A stretch of 64,000 nucleotides of DNA from Tannerellaceae bacterium (GTDB lineage Bacteria > Bacteroidota > Bacteroidia > Bacteroidales > CAMTPD01), in assembly GCA_051660585.1 (NCBI GenBank), contig JBOFPV010000040.1, forward strand, positions 128,841 through 192,840, written 5' to 3'. Positions 37,732-46,575 of the stretch are shown in pieces. A program made the position numbers and the translations under genes. Every line of letters starts with the position of its first letter. Within the stretch, counting starts at the first letter, position 1. The notes beneath the pieces are model-generated. The model saw nothing but the letters and a program-made list of their open reading frames with translations. It did no database searches and was not told the origin of the DNA.

Positions 37732-38265
37732 TTATTGATCGTTTGCTTCTTCGTCTTTATACCAAGATGCATACATCAGATAGTTCTTTGCAATGCGTTG
37801 ATTGATCTCTTTAGCTTGCTCGGGATCTACCTTTTTGACAAATTTGGCAGGAACGCCTGCGTAGATCGAACCGGGTTCTACTTGTGTGCCGCTAAGCACA
37901 ACCGATCCGGCTGCTATGATCGCGCCTTCGCCGATTACCGCGTCGTCGAGAATCACCGAGTTCATGCCCAGTAGTGCGCCGTTGCAAATCTTTGCTCCGT
38001 GTATCACAACGTTGTGTCCTACCGATACGTCGTCACCGATTTCGATGGTCGACTTTTGGTAGAGGGTGTGTAATACCGAGCCGTCTTGCACGTTTACGCG
38101 GTTTCCGATACGGATGGAGTTGACATCGCCACGCAATACGGTACTAAACCAGATGCTGCAATCGTTGCCGATAACGACATCGCCTATGATGGTTGCATTA
38201 TCTGCCAAGTAGGTGTTTTCTCCGATTTGCGGAGTGAAGCCTCTTACTGATTTGATTAATGCCAT
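37732..38265 (-). CDS. Gamma-carbonic-anhydrase-family / hexapeptide-repeat protein.
   Basis: 177-aa ORF with left-handed beta-helix repeats (IGDVVIGNDCSIW...). Confidence 0.88.
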   Translation of the reverse strand: MALIKSVRGFTPQIGENTYLADNATIIGDVVIGNDCSIWFSTVLRGDVNSIRIGNRVNVQDGSVLHTLYQKSTIEIGDDVSVGHNVVIHGAKICNGALLGMNSVILDDAVIGEGAIIAAGSVVLSGTQVEPGSIYAGVPAKFVKKVDPEQAKEINQRIAKNYLMYASWYKDEEANDQ

Positions 38266-38278
38266 GTTGTTGTAGGTT

Positions 38279-40066
38279 TTAAATTTCGGCAGTTTGTTGT
38301 TTCAACCATGCTTGCTCGTCGGCATTCAAATGCGGAGTCAAGGTGTCGAATACAAACTGATGGTATTTGTTTAACCAGACACGCTCACGTACCGAAAGCA
38401 TTGCCGGGTCGATAAGTTTGCGGTCGATCGGGAACAGTGTCAATGTTTCGAAGCTGTAGAATTTGCCAAACTCAGTTTCGCTGTCTTCTTGTACACGGAT
38501 CAAGTTCTCGATGCGGATACCATATTCGCCGGTGCGATAAAGTCCCGGTTCGTTTGATAATACCATGCCCGGTTGAAGTGTAACAGGGTTTTCATCCATA
38601 CGAATGCTTTGTGGGCCTTCGTGCACATTGAGGAAGTGTCCGATACCATGACCTGTGCCGTGCAGGTAGTTTAGTCCGTTGTCCCAAAGAGCTTTTCTGG
38701 CAAGGATATCCAATTGCGAGCCTCTGGTGCCTTGTGGAAACTTGCATTTACCCAACGAGATGTGACCTTTTAGTACACGTGTAAAGTCTTTGATCATTGC
38801 TTCGCTTGGTTCTCCTAATGCAACGGTACGAGTAATATCGGTGGTGCCGTCGAAGTATTGTGCGCCTGAGTCGATCAACAGCATACCTTCGTTGCGAACA
38901 ACGGATGCAGTCTCCGGAGTTGCGCTGTAGTGAACGATGGCTCCGTGTTCATTGTATCCGCAGATTGTTCCGAAACTGTCTGATACATAAAACGGCTGTT
39001 CGCTGCGGAAAGCTGTAAGCTGTTCGGCAATTTGGATTTCGGTAAGTGGTTCGCCTCCTGCAAGGGATGCTTCAAGCCACATAAAGAATTTGGTAAGGGC
39101 GATACCGTCTTTTACCATTGCGTTGCGGAAACCTTTTAGTTCGGTTTCGTTCTTTACGCTCTTTAGCAATGCAACGGGAGATGTTGTTTCTACTTTGGTG
39201 CAGTGTTGCGGAATGGCATTGTAGACCGAAAGATTGGTTTTGGCTTTGTCGACCAAAATGATGGTATCTTCTTTTAAGTTGTTGAGATACGGGATGATCT
39301 TGTTGTAGTCGGCAATGATAACACCGGCATGCATTAACGCGTCTGCTGTTTCTTTTTCAAGTTTGCCGCGCTCCACAAAAAGAACATTTTCATTTTCGGA
39401 TACGAATGCATAACTAACAACTACCGGATTGTACGATACGTCTGTTCCGCGGATGTTGAAGGTCCATGCGATTTCATCCAATGTGCAAAGCACGGTGCAA
39501 TCTGCTCCGGCTTGGTGAAGAGCATTGTTCACACGATTCAGCTTTTCTTCGGTTGTTGCTCCCGCATATTCTGCTGGATAAGCGAAGAATGGTTCTTGTG
39601 GGATTGACGGACGGTCTTTCCAAATGGCCTCGATGAGATCGAATGAGCTTTCGATGTTTATTTTCTTGCGCTTGAATGCTGCAATCAGATTTTGCGCTTC
39701 TCCGGCACCGAAACATTGCGCGTCGAATCCGACAGTGTTGCCACTGCTTAATGTTTGGATGAGGAATTCGGTGTAGGAAGGTGTATCTGGTAATCCTTGA
39801 CGGTAAAGATCAATGCCGGTTCCGGCAAGTTCGGTCTCTGCTTGTAGAAAATAACGCGAATCGGTCCATAAACCGGCTTTGTCGCTGGTGATTACGACGG
39901 TTCCGGCAGAACCTGTAAAGCCTGATACCCATGCACGCGATTTCCAACGAGATGCGGGATACTCACTCAAGTGAGGATCTGTACTTGGTATGATATAAGC
40001 ATCTATATGATGCAATTTCATTTGCTCCCGTAGAGCACTTATGCGATCCATAGTGTTTGTTTTCAT
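38279..40066 (-). CDS. pepP: M24-family Xaa-Pro aminopeptidase (aminopeptidase P).
   Basis: 595-aa ORF with creatinase-N domains and the pita-bread fold motifs HGTGHGIGHFLNVHE and EPGLY. Confidence 0.88.
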   Translation of the reverse strand: MKTNTMDRISALREQMKLHHIDAYIIPSTDPHLSEYPASRWKSRAWVSGFTGSAGTVVITSDKAGLWTDSRYFLQAETELAGTGIDLYRQGLPDTPSYTEFLIQTLSSGNTVGFDAQCFGAGEAQNLIAAFKRKKINIESSFDLIEAIWKDRPSIPQEPFFAYPAEYAGATTEEKLNRVNNALHQAGADCTVLCTLDEIAWTFNIRGTDVSYNPVVVSYAFVSENENVLFVERGKLEKETADALMHAGVIIADYNKIIPYLNNLKEDTIILVDKAKTNLSVYNAIPQHCTKVETTSPVALLKSVKNETELKGFRNAMVKDGIALTKFFMWLEASLAGGEPLTEIQIAEQLTAFRSEQPFYVSDSFGTICGYNEHGAIVHYSATPETASVVRNEGMLLIDSGAQYFDGTTDITRTVALGEPSEAMIKDFTRVLKGHISLGKCKFPQGTRGSQLDILARKALWDNGLNYLHGTGHGIGHFLNVHEGPQSIRMDENPVTLQPGMVLSNEPGLYRTGEYGIRIENLIRVQEDSETEFGKFYSFETLTLFPIDRKLIDPAMLSVRERVWLNKYHQFVFDTLTPHLNADEQAWLKQQTAEI

Positions 40067-40151
40067 AGGTATATTGTATTGAATATATGGGCAAAGTTAT
40101 TGAATTCTATTTAGTGGAAGAATAAAAAAAAGCGAAATCTTCGATGAAAGT

Positions 40152-40182
40152 TTTGATTATCACGAAACAATGTATAATTTTG
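40152..40182 (+). promoter_or_regulatory. Bacteroides-type promoter (TTTG-N19-TAATTTTG) for rpsU.
   Basis: The -33 TTTG lies at 40152-40155 and the -7 TAATTTTG at 40175-40182, about 65 nt upstream of the ATG. Confidence 0.7.
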
Positions 40183-40247
40183 CTGCTCGATATGCTATGG
40201 TGTATCTGAGATGAAGAAATTAATCAACAATATAATTAATAATTAGT

Positions 40248-40439
40248 ATGATCGTAGTTCCATTGAAAGAGGGCGAAAACATCGAAAAAGCTCTTAAGAA
40301 ATTCAAAAGAAAGTTCGAAAAAACAGGTGTTGTAAAAGAACTAAGAAGCAGACAAGCATTCATTAAGCCTTCTGTATCAAAAAGAAAGAAAATGATTAAG
40401 GCTGCTTACGTTCAACAATTGCAACGCGTAGAAGAATAG
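40248..40439 (+). CDS. rpsU: 30S ribosomal protein S21.
   Basis: 63-aa basic protein starting MIVVPLKEGENIEKALKKFKRK. Confidence 0.95.
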   Translation: MIVVPLKEGENIEKALKKFKRKFEKTGVVKELRSRQAFIKPSVSKRKKMIKAAYVQQLQRVEE

Positions 40440-40531
40440 TATTTTCTTCTATACTTTGGTTTGTAGCAAACTAATTTCTATATTCGTTGCATAACGTTTA
40501 CCGATATTCGGTATATTAATACGCAACGGCT

Positions 40532-41437
40532 ATGTTAACAGACTCGTTTCTAAAATATCTTCGGTATGAGAGGAATTATTCTTCTTGTACGCTTGATGCC
40601 TATCGTAGGGATCTTGATCAATTTGAAGCATATTTAAGGAACGAGTCTGTTTTTTTTGATCCTAAGGGTATCGATGCAGACATTGTAAGAGGATGGCTTG
40701 TGTCGTTGATGGAGAATGGGGCTTCTACGACTTCAGCTAATCGAAAGTTGAGTACGTTGAAGTCTTTTTTTCGTTATTTGCAAAAGATAGGAGAGGTGGA
40801 TGCAAATCCATTGCGCCTTGTTACGGGTCCGAAGAATAAGAAGCCGTTGCCGGTTTTTGTACGCGATTCGGAGATGGAAGAATTATTGCAAGAAGAAAAT
40901 TTTGAAAAAGACTTGCAGGGTTCACGAACAAGATTAATTTTGGAGATGCTTTACGTGACTGGTATGCGTAGGGCAGAATTGATAGGGTTGAGACTTTCGG
41001 ATGTGGATTTTTCGCTTATGCAATTGAAAGTGAGTGGTAAGCGAAATAAGCAACGAATTATTCCATTTGCCGAAAGTTTGAAGATGTTGATTGAGGAGTA
41101 TTTGAATTTTCGAAAAGAGATTTGCCCCAATGGGGTAGATTGGCTTTTTGTTTCGGATAAAGGAGAACAAATGCCGGTTTCGGCTGTTTATAAAGTGGTG
41201 AGGGAGAGGTTAGCCTCGGTTACTTCTCTGGCAAAACGAAGTCCGCACGTGTTGCGACACTCGTTTGCCACCAGTATGCTAAACAATGGTGCGGAATTGA
41301 CGGCGGTCAAGGAGTTGCTTGGGCATGAAAGCCTAGCCTCGACCAGTGTGTATACGCATACTTCATTTGAAGAATTAAAGAAAATGTACAAAGCTCATCC
41401 AAGAGCACTTAAAAAAGGAGGTAGTCATGGAAGTTAG
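40532..41437 (+). CDS. xerC: Tyrosine site-specific recombinase, XerC/XerD-like.
   Basis: 301-aa ORF with an N-terminal SAM-like domain. The catalytic residues R...HxxR...H...Y are present (HVLRHSFAT, LLGHESLASTSVYTH). Confidence 0.85.
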   Translation: MLTDSFLKYLRYERNYSSCTLDAYRRDLDQFEAYLRNESVFFDPKGIDADIVRGWLVSLMENGASTTSANRKLSTLKSFFRYLQKIGEVDANPLRLVTGPKNKKPLPVFVRDSEMEELLQEENFEKDLQGSRTRLILEMLYVTGMRRAELIGLRLSDVDFSLMQLKVSGKRNKQRIIPFAESLKMLIEEYLNFRKEICPNGVDWLFVSDKGEQMPVSAVYKVVRERLASVTSLAKRSPHVLRHSFATSMLNNGAELTAVKELLGHESLASTSVYTHTSFEELKKMYKAHPRALKKGGSHGS

Positions 41438-41726
41438 AATTCAGGCCATTCATTTCGACGCATCAAGTCAATTGGAGTCTTTTATTACAAAGAAAGTATC
41501 TAAGCTTGATCATATTTACGATGGTATAGTAGAGGCCGATGTAGTTCTAAGAGTTGTAAAACCCGAGTCGGCTTTAAACAAAGAAGCATCGATTAAGTTG
41601 TTGGTGAAGAATGACGAATTATTCGCTGAAAAAGTGTGTGATACGTTTGAGGAAGCTATCGACTTGGTTGTGGATGCGTTAGCTAAACAGTTAGGTAAAT
41701 ACAAAGAAAAAATGCGCAACGCGTAA
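41427..41726 (+). CDS. hpf: Ribosome hibernation-promoting factor (HPF/RaiA, short form).
   Basis: 99-aa ORF with a sigma-54-modulation/S30EA-like sequence. It overlaps xerC by 11 nt. Confidence 0.88.
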   Translation: MEVRIQAIHFDASSQLESFITKKVSKLDHIYDGIVEADVVLRVVKPESALNKEASIKLLVKNDELFAEKVCDTFEEAIDLVVDALAKQLGKYKEKMRNA

Positions 41727-41743
41727 AAAATATTCGCAAAATG

Positions 41744-41774
41744 TTTGGTGATTAAAATTTAATCTATAATTTTG
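41744..41774 (+). promoter_or_regulatory. Bacteroides-type promoter (TTTG-N19-TAATTTTG) upstream of the tRNA-tuf cluster.
   Basis: The -33 element lies at 41744-41747 and the -7 box at 41767-41774. It shares the TATAATTTTGC core with the rpsU promoter. Confidence 0.65.
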
Positions 41775-41775
41775 C

Positions 41776-41812
41776 AGCCGTTTCAGGGACGTAACTACGA
41801 CTTGAAACGGCT
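41776..41812 (+). other. 10-bp perfect hairpin between the promoter and the first tRNA. It could be the hpf terminator or a processing stem.
   Basis: agccgtttca (41776-85) pairs with tgaaacggct (41803-12), followed by ttctt. Confidence 0.5.
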
Positions 41813-41833
41813 TTCTTATAAGCTTTTAGTTTT

Positions 41834-41907
41834 GCCTCTTTAGCTCAGTTGGCCAGAGCACGTGATTTGTAATCTCGGGGTCGTTGGTTCGAATCCGACA
41901 AGAGGCT
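41834..41907 (+). tRNA. tRNA-Thr (anticodon UGU).
   Basis: I folded the cloverleaf by hand: acceptor GCCTCTT/AAGAGGC, anticodon loop TT-TGT-AA, T-loop TTCGAAT. No CCA is encoded. Confidence 0.9.
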
Positions 41908-41927
41908 CAAAAGAAAAGAAGATAGAA

Positions 41928-42009
41928 GGGCAGTTTCCAGAGTGGCCAAATGGGGCTGACTGTAACTCAGCTGGTAACACCTTCGGAGGTTCGAATCCTT
42001 CACTGCCCA
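41928..42009 (+). tRNA. tRNA-Tyr (anticodon GUA), class II with a long variable arm.
   Basis: Acceptor GGGCAGT/ACTGCCC, anticodon stem GCTGA/TCAGC with loop CT-GTA-AC, T-loop TTCGAAT. Confidence 0.9.
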
Positions 42010-42026
42010 CTTCTTTGATTTTGTAT

Positions 42027-42099
42027 GCGGGAATAGCTCAGTTGATAGAGCATCAGCCTTCCAAGCTGAGGGTCGCGGGTTTGAGCCCCGTTTCCCGCT
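42027..42099 (+). tRNA. tRNA-Gly (anticodon UCC).
   Basis: Acceptor GCGGGAA/TTCCCGC, anticodon loop CT-TCC-AA. Confidence 0.9.
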
Positions 42100-42107
42100 C
42101 TTTTGTT

Positions 42108-42179
<72 letters not shown>

Positions 42180-42231
42180 CATTTTTTTTGTTTAGGATAT
42201 GATCATTAATCAAATAAAGAACTATTAAGTT

Positions 42232-43419
42232 ATGGCAAAAGAACATTTTAACAGATCGAAGCCACACGTAAACATTGGTACGATCGGTCACGTTGACCAC
42301 GGTAAAACTACTTTGACTGCTGCTATTACTACAGTTTTGGCAAAGAAAGGTCTTTCTGAATTGAAATCATTCGATCAGATCGATAACGCACCAGAAGAAA
42401 AAGAAAGAGGTATTACTATCAACACTGCTCACGTTGAGTACGAAACAGAAAACCGTCACTACGCGCACGTTGACTGTCCAGGACACGCCGACTACGTAAA
42501 GAACATGGTAACTGGTGCTGCTCAGATGGACGGTGCTATTATCGTGGTAGCTGCAACAGATGGTCCTATGCCTCAAACTCGTGAGCACATCCTTCTAGCT
42601 CGTCAGGTAAACGTACCTAAACTAGTTGTGTTCATGAACAAATGTGACATGGTTGACGACGAAGAGATGTTGGAACTTGTTGAAATGGAAATGAGAGAAC
42701 TTCTTTCATTCTACGAATTCGACGGTGACAATACTCCAGTTATCCGTGGTTCTGCACTTGGTGGTTTGAACGGTATCGAACAATGGGAAGATAAGATCAT
42801 GGAACTTATGAACGCTGTTGATACATGGATTCCACTTCCTCCACGTGACGTTGATAAACCATTCTTGATGCCAGTTGAAGACGTGTTCTCTATCACAGGT
42901 CGTGGTACTGTAGCAACAGGTCGTATCGAAACAGGTATCATCAAATCTGGTGAAGAGGTACAAATCATCGGTCTTGGTTCTGAGCCTAAGAAATCAGTTG
43001 TAACTGGTGTTGAAATGTTCCGTAAGATTCTTGACGAAGGTCAAGCAGGTGACAACGTTGGTCTTCTACTTCGTGGTATCGACAAAGCTGAAATCAAACG
43101 TGGTATGGTTATTTGCCACCCAGGTAAAGTAACTCCTCACACAAGATTCAAAGCTGAGGTTTATATCTTGAAAAAAGAAGAAGGTGGACGTCACACTCCA
43201 TTCCACAACAAATACCGTCCTCAGTTCTACCTACGTACTCTTGACGTAACTGGTGAGATCACTCTTCCAGAAGGAACTGAAATGGTTATGCCAGGTGACA
43301 ACTTGACTATCACTGTAGATCTTATCTATCCAGTAGCTTGTAACGTAGGTCTACGTTTCGCTATCCGTGAAGGTGGTCGTACAGTAGGTGCAGGTCAGAT
43401 CACAGAATTGTTAGACTAA
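42232..43419 (+). CDS. tuf: Elongation factor Tu.
   Basis: 395-aa ORF with [15 protein letters not shown] and NKCD motifs. Confidence 0.98.
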   Translation: MAKEHFNRSKPHVNIGTIGHVDHGKTTLTAAITTVLAKKGLSELKSFDQIDNAPEEKERGITINTAHVEYETENRHYAHVDCPGHADYVKNMVTGAAQMDGAIIVVAATDGPMPQTREHILLARQVNVPKLVVFMNKCDMVDDEEMLELVEMEMRELLSFYEFDGDNTPVIRGSALGGLNGIEQWEDKIMELMNAVDTWIPLPPRDVDKPFLMPVEDVFSITGRGTVATGRIETGIIKSGEEVQIIGLGSEPKKSVVTGVEMFRKILDEGQAGDNVGLLLRGIDKAEIKRGMVICHPGKVTPHTRFKAEVYILKKEEGGRHTPFHNKYRPQFYLRTLDVTGEITLPEGTEMVMPGDNLTITVDLIYPVACNVGLRFAIREGGRTVGAGQITELLD

Positions 43420-43437
43420 TAACAATCTCCATATTTA

Positions 43438-43467
43438 ATAAGCCGGTTTTACCGCCGGCTTATTTTC
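43438..43467 (+). terminator. Hairpin plus T-run after tuf.
   Basis: ataagccgg pairs with ccggcttat in a 9-bp stem, followed by tttt. tRNA-Trp starts 2 nt later. Confidence 0.65.
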
Positions 43468-43468
43468 T

Positions 43469-43541
43469 ACGGGTCTAGCTCAGTTGGTAGAGCATCGGTC
43501 TCCAAAACCGAGTGTCGGGAGTTCGAGTCTCTCGACCCGTG
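43469..43541 (+). tRNA. tRNA-Trp (anticodon CCA).
   Basis: Acceptor ACGGGTC/GACCCGT, anticodon loop CT-CCA-AA. Confidence 0.9.
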
Positions 43542-43559
43542 CAAAAATCTATAGATTCA

Positions 43560-43754
43560 ATGAAGAAGATAACTACATATATTAAGGAATCTTATAACGA
43601 ACTTGTATATAAGGTATCTTGGCCCTCAAGAAACGAGCTGTCAAACAGTGCTGTTGTGGTAATGCTAGCTTCCCTTATTATTGCAGCGATGATCGCCGTT
43701 GTTGACTTAGGCTTTGAAAATGTGATGCGTTTCTTCTACGAAAAGATCTTCTAA
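43560..43754 (+). CDS. secE: Preprotein translocase subunit SecE.
   Basis: I chose the ATG at 43560 because the longer ORF overlaps the tRNA. The 64-aa product has a single C-terminal TM helix and precedes nusG. Confidence 0.88.
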   Translation: MKKITTYIKESYNELVYKVSWPSRNELSNSAVVVMLASLIIAAMIAVVDLGFENVMRFFYEKIF

Positions 43755-43767
43755 TTTTATTTGAGAT

Positions 43768-44310
43768 ATGTCTGAATTTGAAAAGAAATTTTATGTGCTT
43801 CGTGCCATTAGTGGTAAGGAGAATAAAGTAAGAGAGTATCTTGAAGCTGAAATTAAGAATACAGATCTTGGAGATTACGTAGCACAGGTTTTGATTCCAA
43901 CCGAAAAGGTTTACTCTGTACGCAATGGCAAAAAGGTAGTTAAAGAACGTGCCTATTTGCCAGGTTATGTATTAGTAGAAGCAGCTTTGGTTGGTGAAGT
44001 CTCTCACCGATTAAGAAACATCCCCAATGTTATTGGCTTTTTAGGTGGAACGGATACTCCGGTTCCATTAAGACCTTCAGAGGTTGCCCGCATTCTCGGC
44101 ACTGTCGATGAGTTGCAGGAACAACAAGAAGAGTTGGATGTACAATTCATGGTTGGTGAAAACGTTAAGATCAATTTCGGTCCGTTTAGCGGATTTACCG
44201 GAATTATCGAAGAAATCAATACCGAAAAGAAGAAGCTTAAGGTAATGGTTAAGGTTTTTGGCCGTAAAACTCCGTTGGAGCTCGGCTATATGCAAGTTGA
44301 AAAAGAGTAA
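43768..44310 (+). CDS. nusG: Transcription termination/antitermination factor NusG.
   Basis: 180-aa ORF with NGN and KOW domains. Confidence 0.95.
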   Translation: MSEFEKKFYVLRAISGKENKVREYLEAEIKNTDLGDYVAQVLIPTEKVYSVRNGKKVVKERAYLPGYVLVEAALVGEVSHRLRNIPNVIGFLGGTDTPVPLRPSEVARILGTVDELQEQQEELDVQFMVGENVKINFGPFSGFTGIIEEINTEKKKLKVMVKVFGRKTPLELGYMQVEKE

Positions 44311-44370
44311 CTTCAGGTTACGCTGAATTTAGCTCTTTAGTTACGTGTTATAATCTAAAATTTTAGAAAA

Positions 44371-44814
44371 ATGGCTAAAGAAGTTGCTGGACAAATCAAA
44401 TTGCAGATTAAAGGAGGGGCAGCAAATCCTTCTCCCCCTGTTGGACCTGCTTTAGGTTCTAAGGGTATTAACATTATGGAGTTTTGCAAGCAATTTAATG
44501 CCAGAACTCAGGACAAAGCTGGTAAGATTTTACCTGTGGTAATTACTTACTATGCTGACAAGTCTTTCGACTTTGTTGTTAAGACTCCTCCTGTGCCTAT
44601 TCAATTGTTAGAAGTAACAAAGGCTAAGAGTGGATCTGCAGAGCCAAACCGTAAAAAGATCGCAGAAATTACTTGGGATCAGGTGAAAGCTATCGCTGAA
44701 GACAAAATGGTAGACTTGAACTGTTTCACACTAAAGTCAGCTATGACTATGGTTGCTGGTACAGCTAGAAGTATGGGTATCACCGTTAAAGGAGAATTCC
44801 CGGAGTTAAATTAA
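44371..44814 (+). CDS. rplK: 50S ribosomal protein L11.
   Basis: 147-aa ORF with the PPVGPALG motif. Confidence 0.97.
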   Translation: MAKEVAGQIKLQIKGGAANPSPPVGPALGSKGINIMEFCKQFNARTQDKAGKILPVVITYYADKSFDFVVKTPPVPIQLLEVTKAKSGSAEPNRKKIAEITWDQVKAIAEDKMVDLNCFTLKSAMTMVAGTARSMGITVKGEFPELN

Positions 44815-44829
44815 TAAACTTCAATTAGA

Positions 44830-45528
44830 ATGAGTAAACTTACAAAAAATCAAAAGTTAGCTTTAGGCAAAATTGAAGCTGGGAAATCTTATACACTTAA
44901 AGAAGCTTCTGCATTGGTAAAAGAAATCACAACTACTAAGTTTGATTCTTCTGTTGATGTTGATGTGCGTCTAGGTGTTGACCCACGTAAAGCTAACCAA
45001 ATGGTGAGAGGTGTGGTTTCACTACCTCACGGAACAGGTAAGCAGGTTAGGGTTCTTGCATTATGTACACCTGACAAGGAAGCTGAAGCACTTGCTGCTG
45101 GCGCTGACTATGTAGGGTTGGACGAATATATCGACAAGATTAAAGGTGGTTGGACTGATATCGATGTTATCATTACAATGCCTTCAATCATGGGTAAGAT
45201 TGGTGCTCTAGGACGCGTTTTGGGTCCTCGTGGTTTGATGCCAAACCCAAAGAGTGGAACAGTTACTAACGAAGTTGGTAACGCGGTTAAAGAAGTGAAA
45301 CAAGGTAAAATCGACTTCAAAGTTGACAAAACTGGTATCGTTCACGCTTCAATCGGTAAAGTTTCATTCACAGAAGATCAAATCCGTGATAATGCTAAGG
45401 AATTCGTTTCTACGCTTATTAAACTTAAACCATCAGCTGCTAAAGGTACATATATTAAGAGCATCTTTCTTTCAAGTACTATGAGCCCGGGTATCAAAAT
45501 TGACCCTAAATCAGTTGAAGAAAATTAA
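44830..45528 (+). CDS. rplA: 50S ribosomal protein L1.
   Basis: 232-aa ORF with typical L1 sequence. Confidence 0.97.
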   Translation: MSKLTKNQKLALGKIEAGKSYTLKEASALVKEITTTKFDSSVDVDVRLGVDPRKANQMVRGVVSLPHGTGKQVRVLALCTPDKEAEALAAGADYVGLDEYIDKIKGGWTDIDVIITMPSIMGKIGALGRVLGPRGLMPNPKSGTVTNEVGNAVKEVKQGKIDFKVDKTGIVHASIGKVSFTEDQIRDNAKEFVSTLIKLKPSAAKGTYIKSIFLSSTMSPGIKIDPKSVEEN

Positions 45529-45543
45529 AACAATTGAGAAGTT

Positions 45544-46059
45544 ATGAGAAAGGAAGAAAAAAGTGCTATTATAGAACAAATTGCTTCAACCATTCAGGAA
45601 TACGGTAACTTCTATCTGACTAACATCGAGGCACTAGATGCTGAGAAGACGTCAGCACTTAGAAGAGAGTGTTTCAAGAGTGAGGTGAAGATGATGGTTG
45701 TAAAGAACACTTTGCTTGAAAAAGCTCTAGGAACTATCGAAGGAGATTTCTCTGGACTAGTTTCAGCAATGAAAGGCAATACAGCTGTGATGTTCTCACA
45801 AACAGCAAACGCTCCGGCTAAATTGATCAAAGCGTTCGCTAAAGAAGCTGGTAAACCTGAATTAAAAGCGGCTTACGTTCAAGAATGTGTTTACGTTGGT
45901 GCTGATCAATTAGACGCACTTGTAAACATCAAGAGCAGAGAAGAACTTATTGGCGACGTTATTATGTTGCTTCAATCTCCAGCGAAGAACGTTATTTCAG
46001 CTCTATCATCAGGTGGACAGACAATTCATGGAGTTTTAACAACTCTTGCAGAAAGATAA
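45544..46059 (+). CDS. rplJ: 50S ribosomal protein L10.
   Basis: 171-aa ORF, assigned by its position and sequence. Confidence 0.95.
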   Translation: MRKEEKSAIIEQIASTIQEYGNFYLTNIEALDAEKTSALRRECFKSEVKMMVVKNTLLEKALGTIEGDFSGLVSAMKGNTAVMFSQTANAPAKLIKAFAKEAGKPELKAAYVQECVYVGADQLDALVNIKSREELIGDVIMLLQSPAKNVISALSSGGQTIHGVLTTLAER

Positions 46060-46104
46060 TTTATTCATATAACTAGATTAGTAAATCATTAAAATCATAC
46101 AAAA

Positions 46105-46473
46105 ATGGCAGATTTGAAAGCTTTTGCAGAACAATTAGTAAACTTGACCGTAAAGGAAGTTAACGAACTTGCTGAAATCCTAAAGAACGAGTACGGTATC
46201 GAACCTGCTGCTGCAGCTGTTGCTGTTGCTGCTGCTCCTGCTGCTGAAGCTGCAGCTGAGAAAACTTCTTTCGACGTAGTGTTGAAAGCAGCTGGTGCTA
46301 ACAAATTAGCTATCGTTAAACTTGTTAAAGAACTTACAGGTCTTGGTTTGAAAGAAGCTAAAGATATCGTTGATGGTGCTCCATGTAACATCAAAGAAGG
46401 TGTAAGCAAAGAAGAAGCTGAAGCGTTGAAAAATTCTCTAGTAGAAGCTGGCGCAGAGGTTGAACTTAAATAA
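46105..46473 (+). CDS. rplL: 50S ribosomal protein L7/L12.
   Basis: 122-aa ORF with an Ala-rich hinge and the conserved C-terminal domain. Confidence 0.97.
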   Translation: MADLKAFAEQLVNLTVKEVNELAEILKNEYGIEPAAAAVAVAAAPAAEAAAEKTSFDVVLKAAGANKLAIVKLVKELTGLGLKEAKDIVDGAPCNIKEGVSKEEAEALKNSLVEAGAEVELK

Positions 46474-46496
46474 TATAACCTGTAACGCAGGTAATT

Positions 46497-46535
46497 TGGT
46501 TAAGAATCTTCGTTTCGGAGATTCTTAACCTTTTT
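46497..46535 (+). terminator. rplL-rpoB intergenic attenuator/terminator.
   Basis: A perfect 12-bp stem, ggttaagaatct/agattcttaacc, followed by TTTTTG. Confidence 0.75.
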
Positions 46536-46575
46536 GTGTCTATAGTTTCATTAAGTTCAATTAATTTCTGAATAG

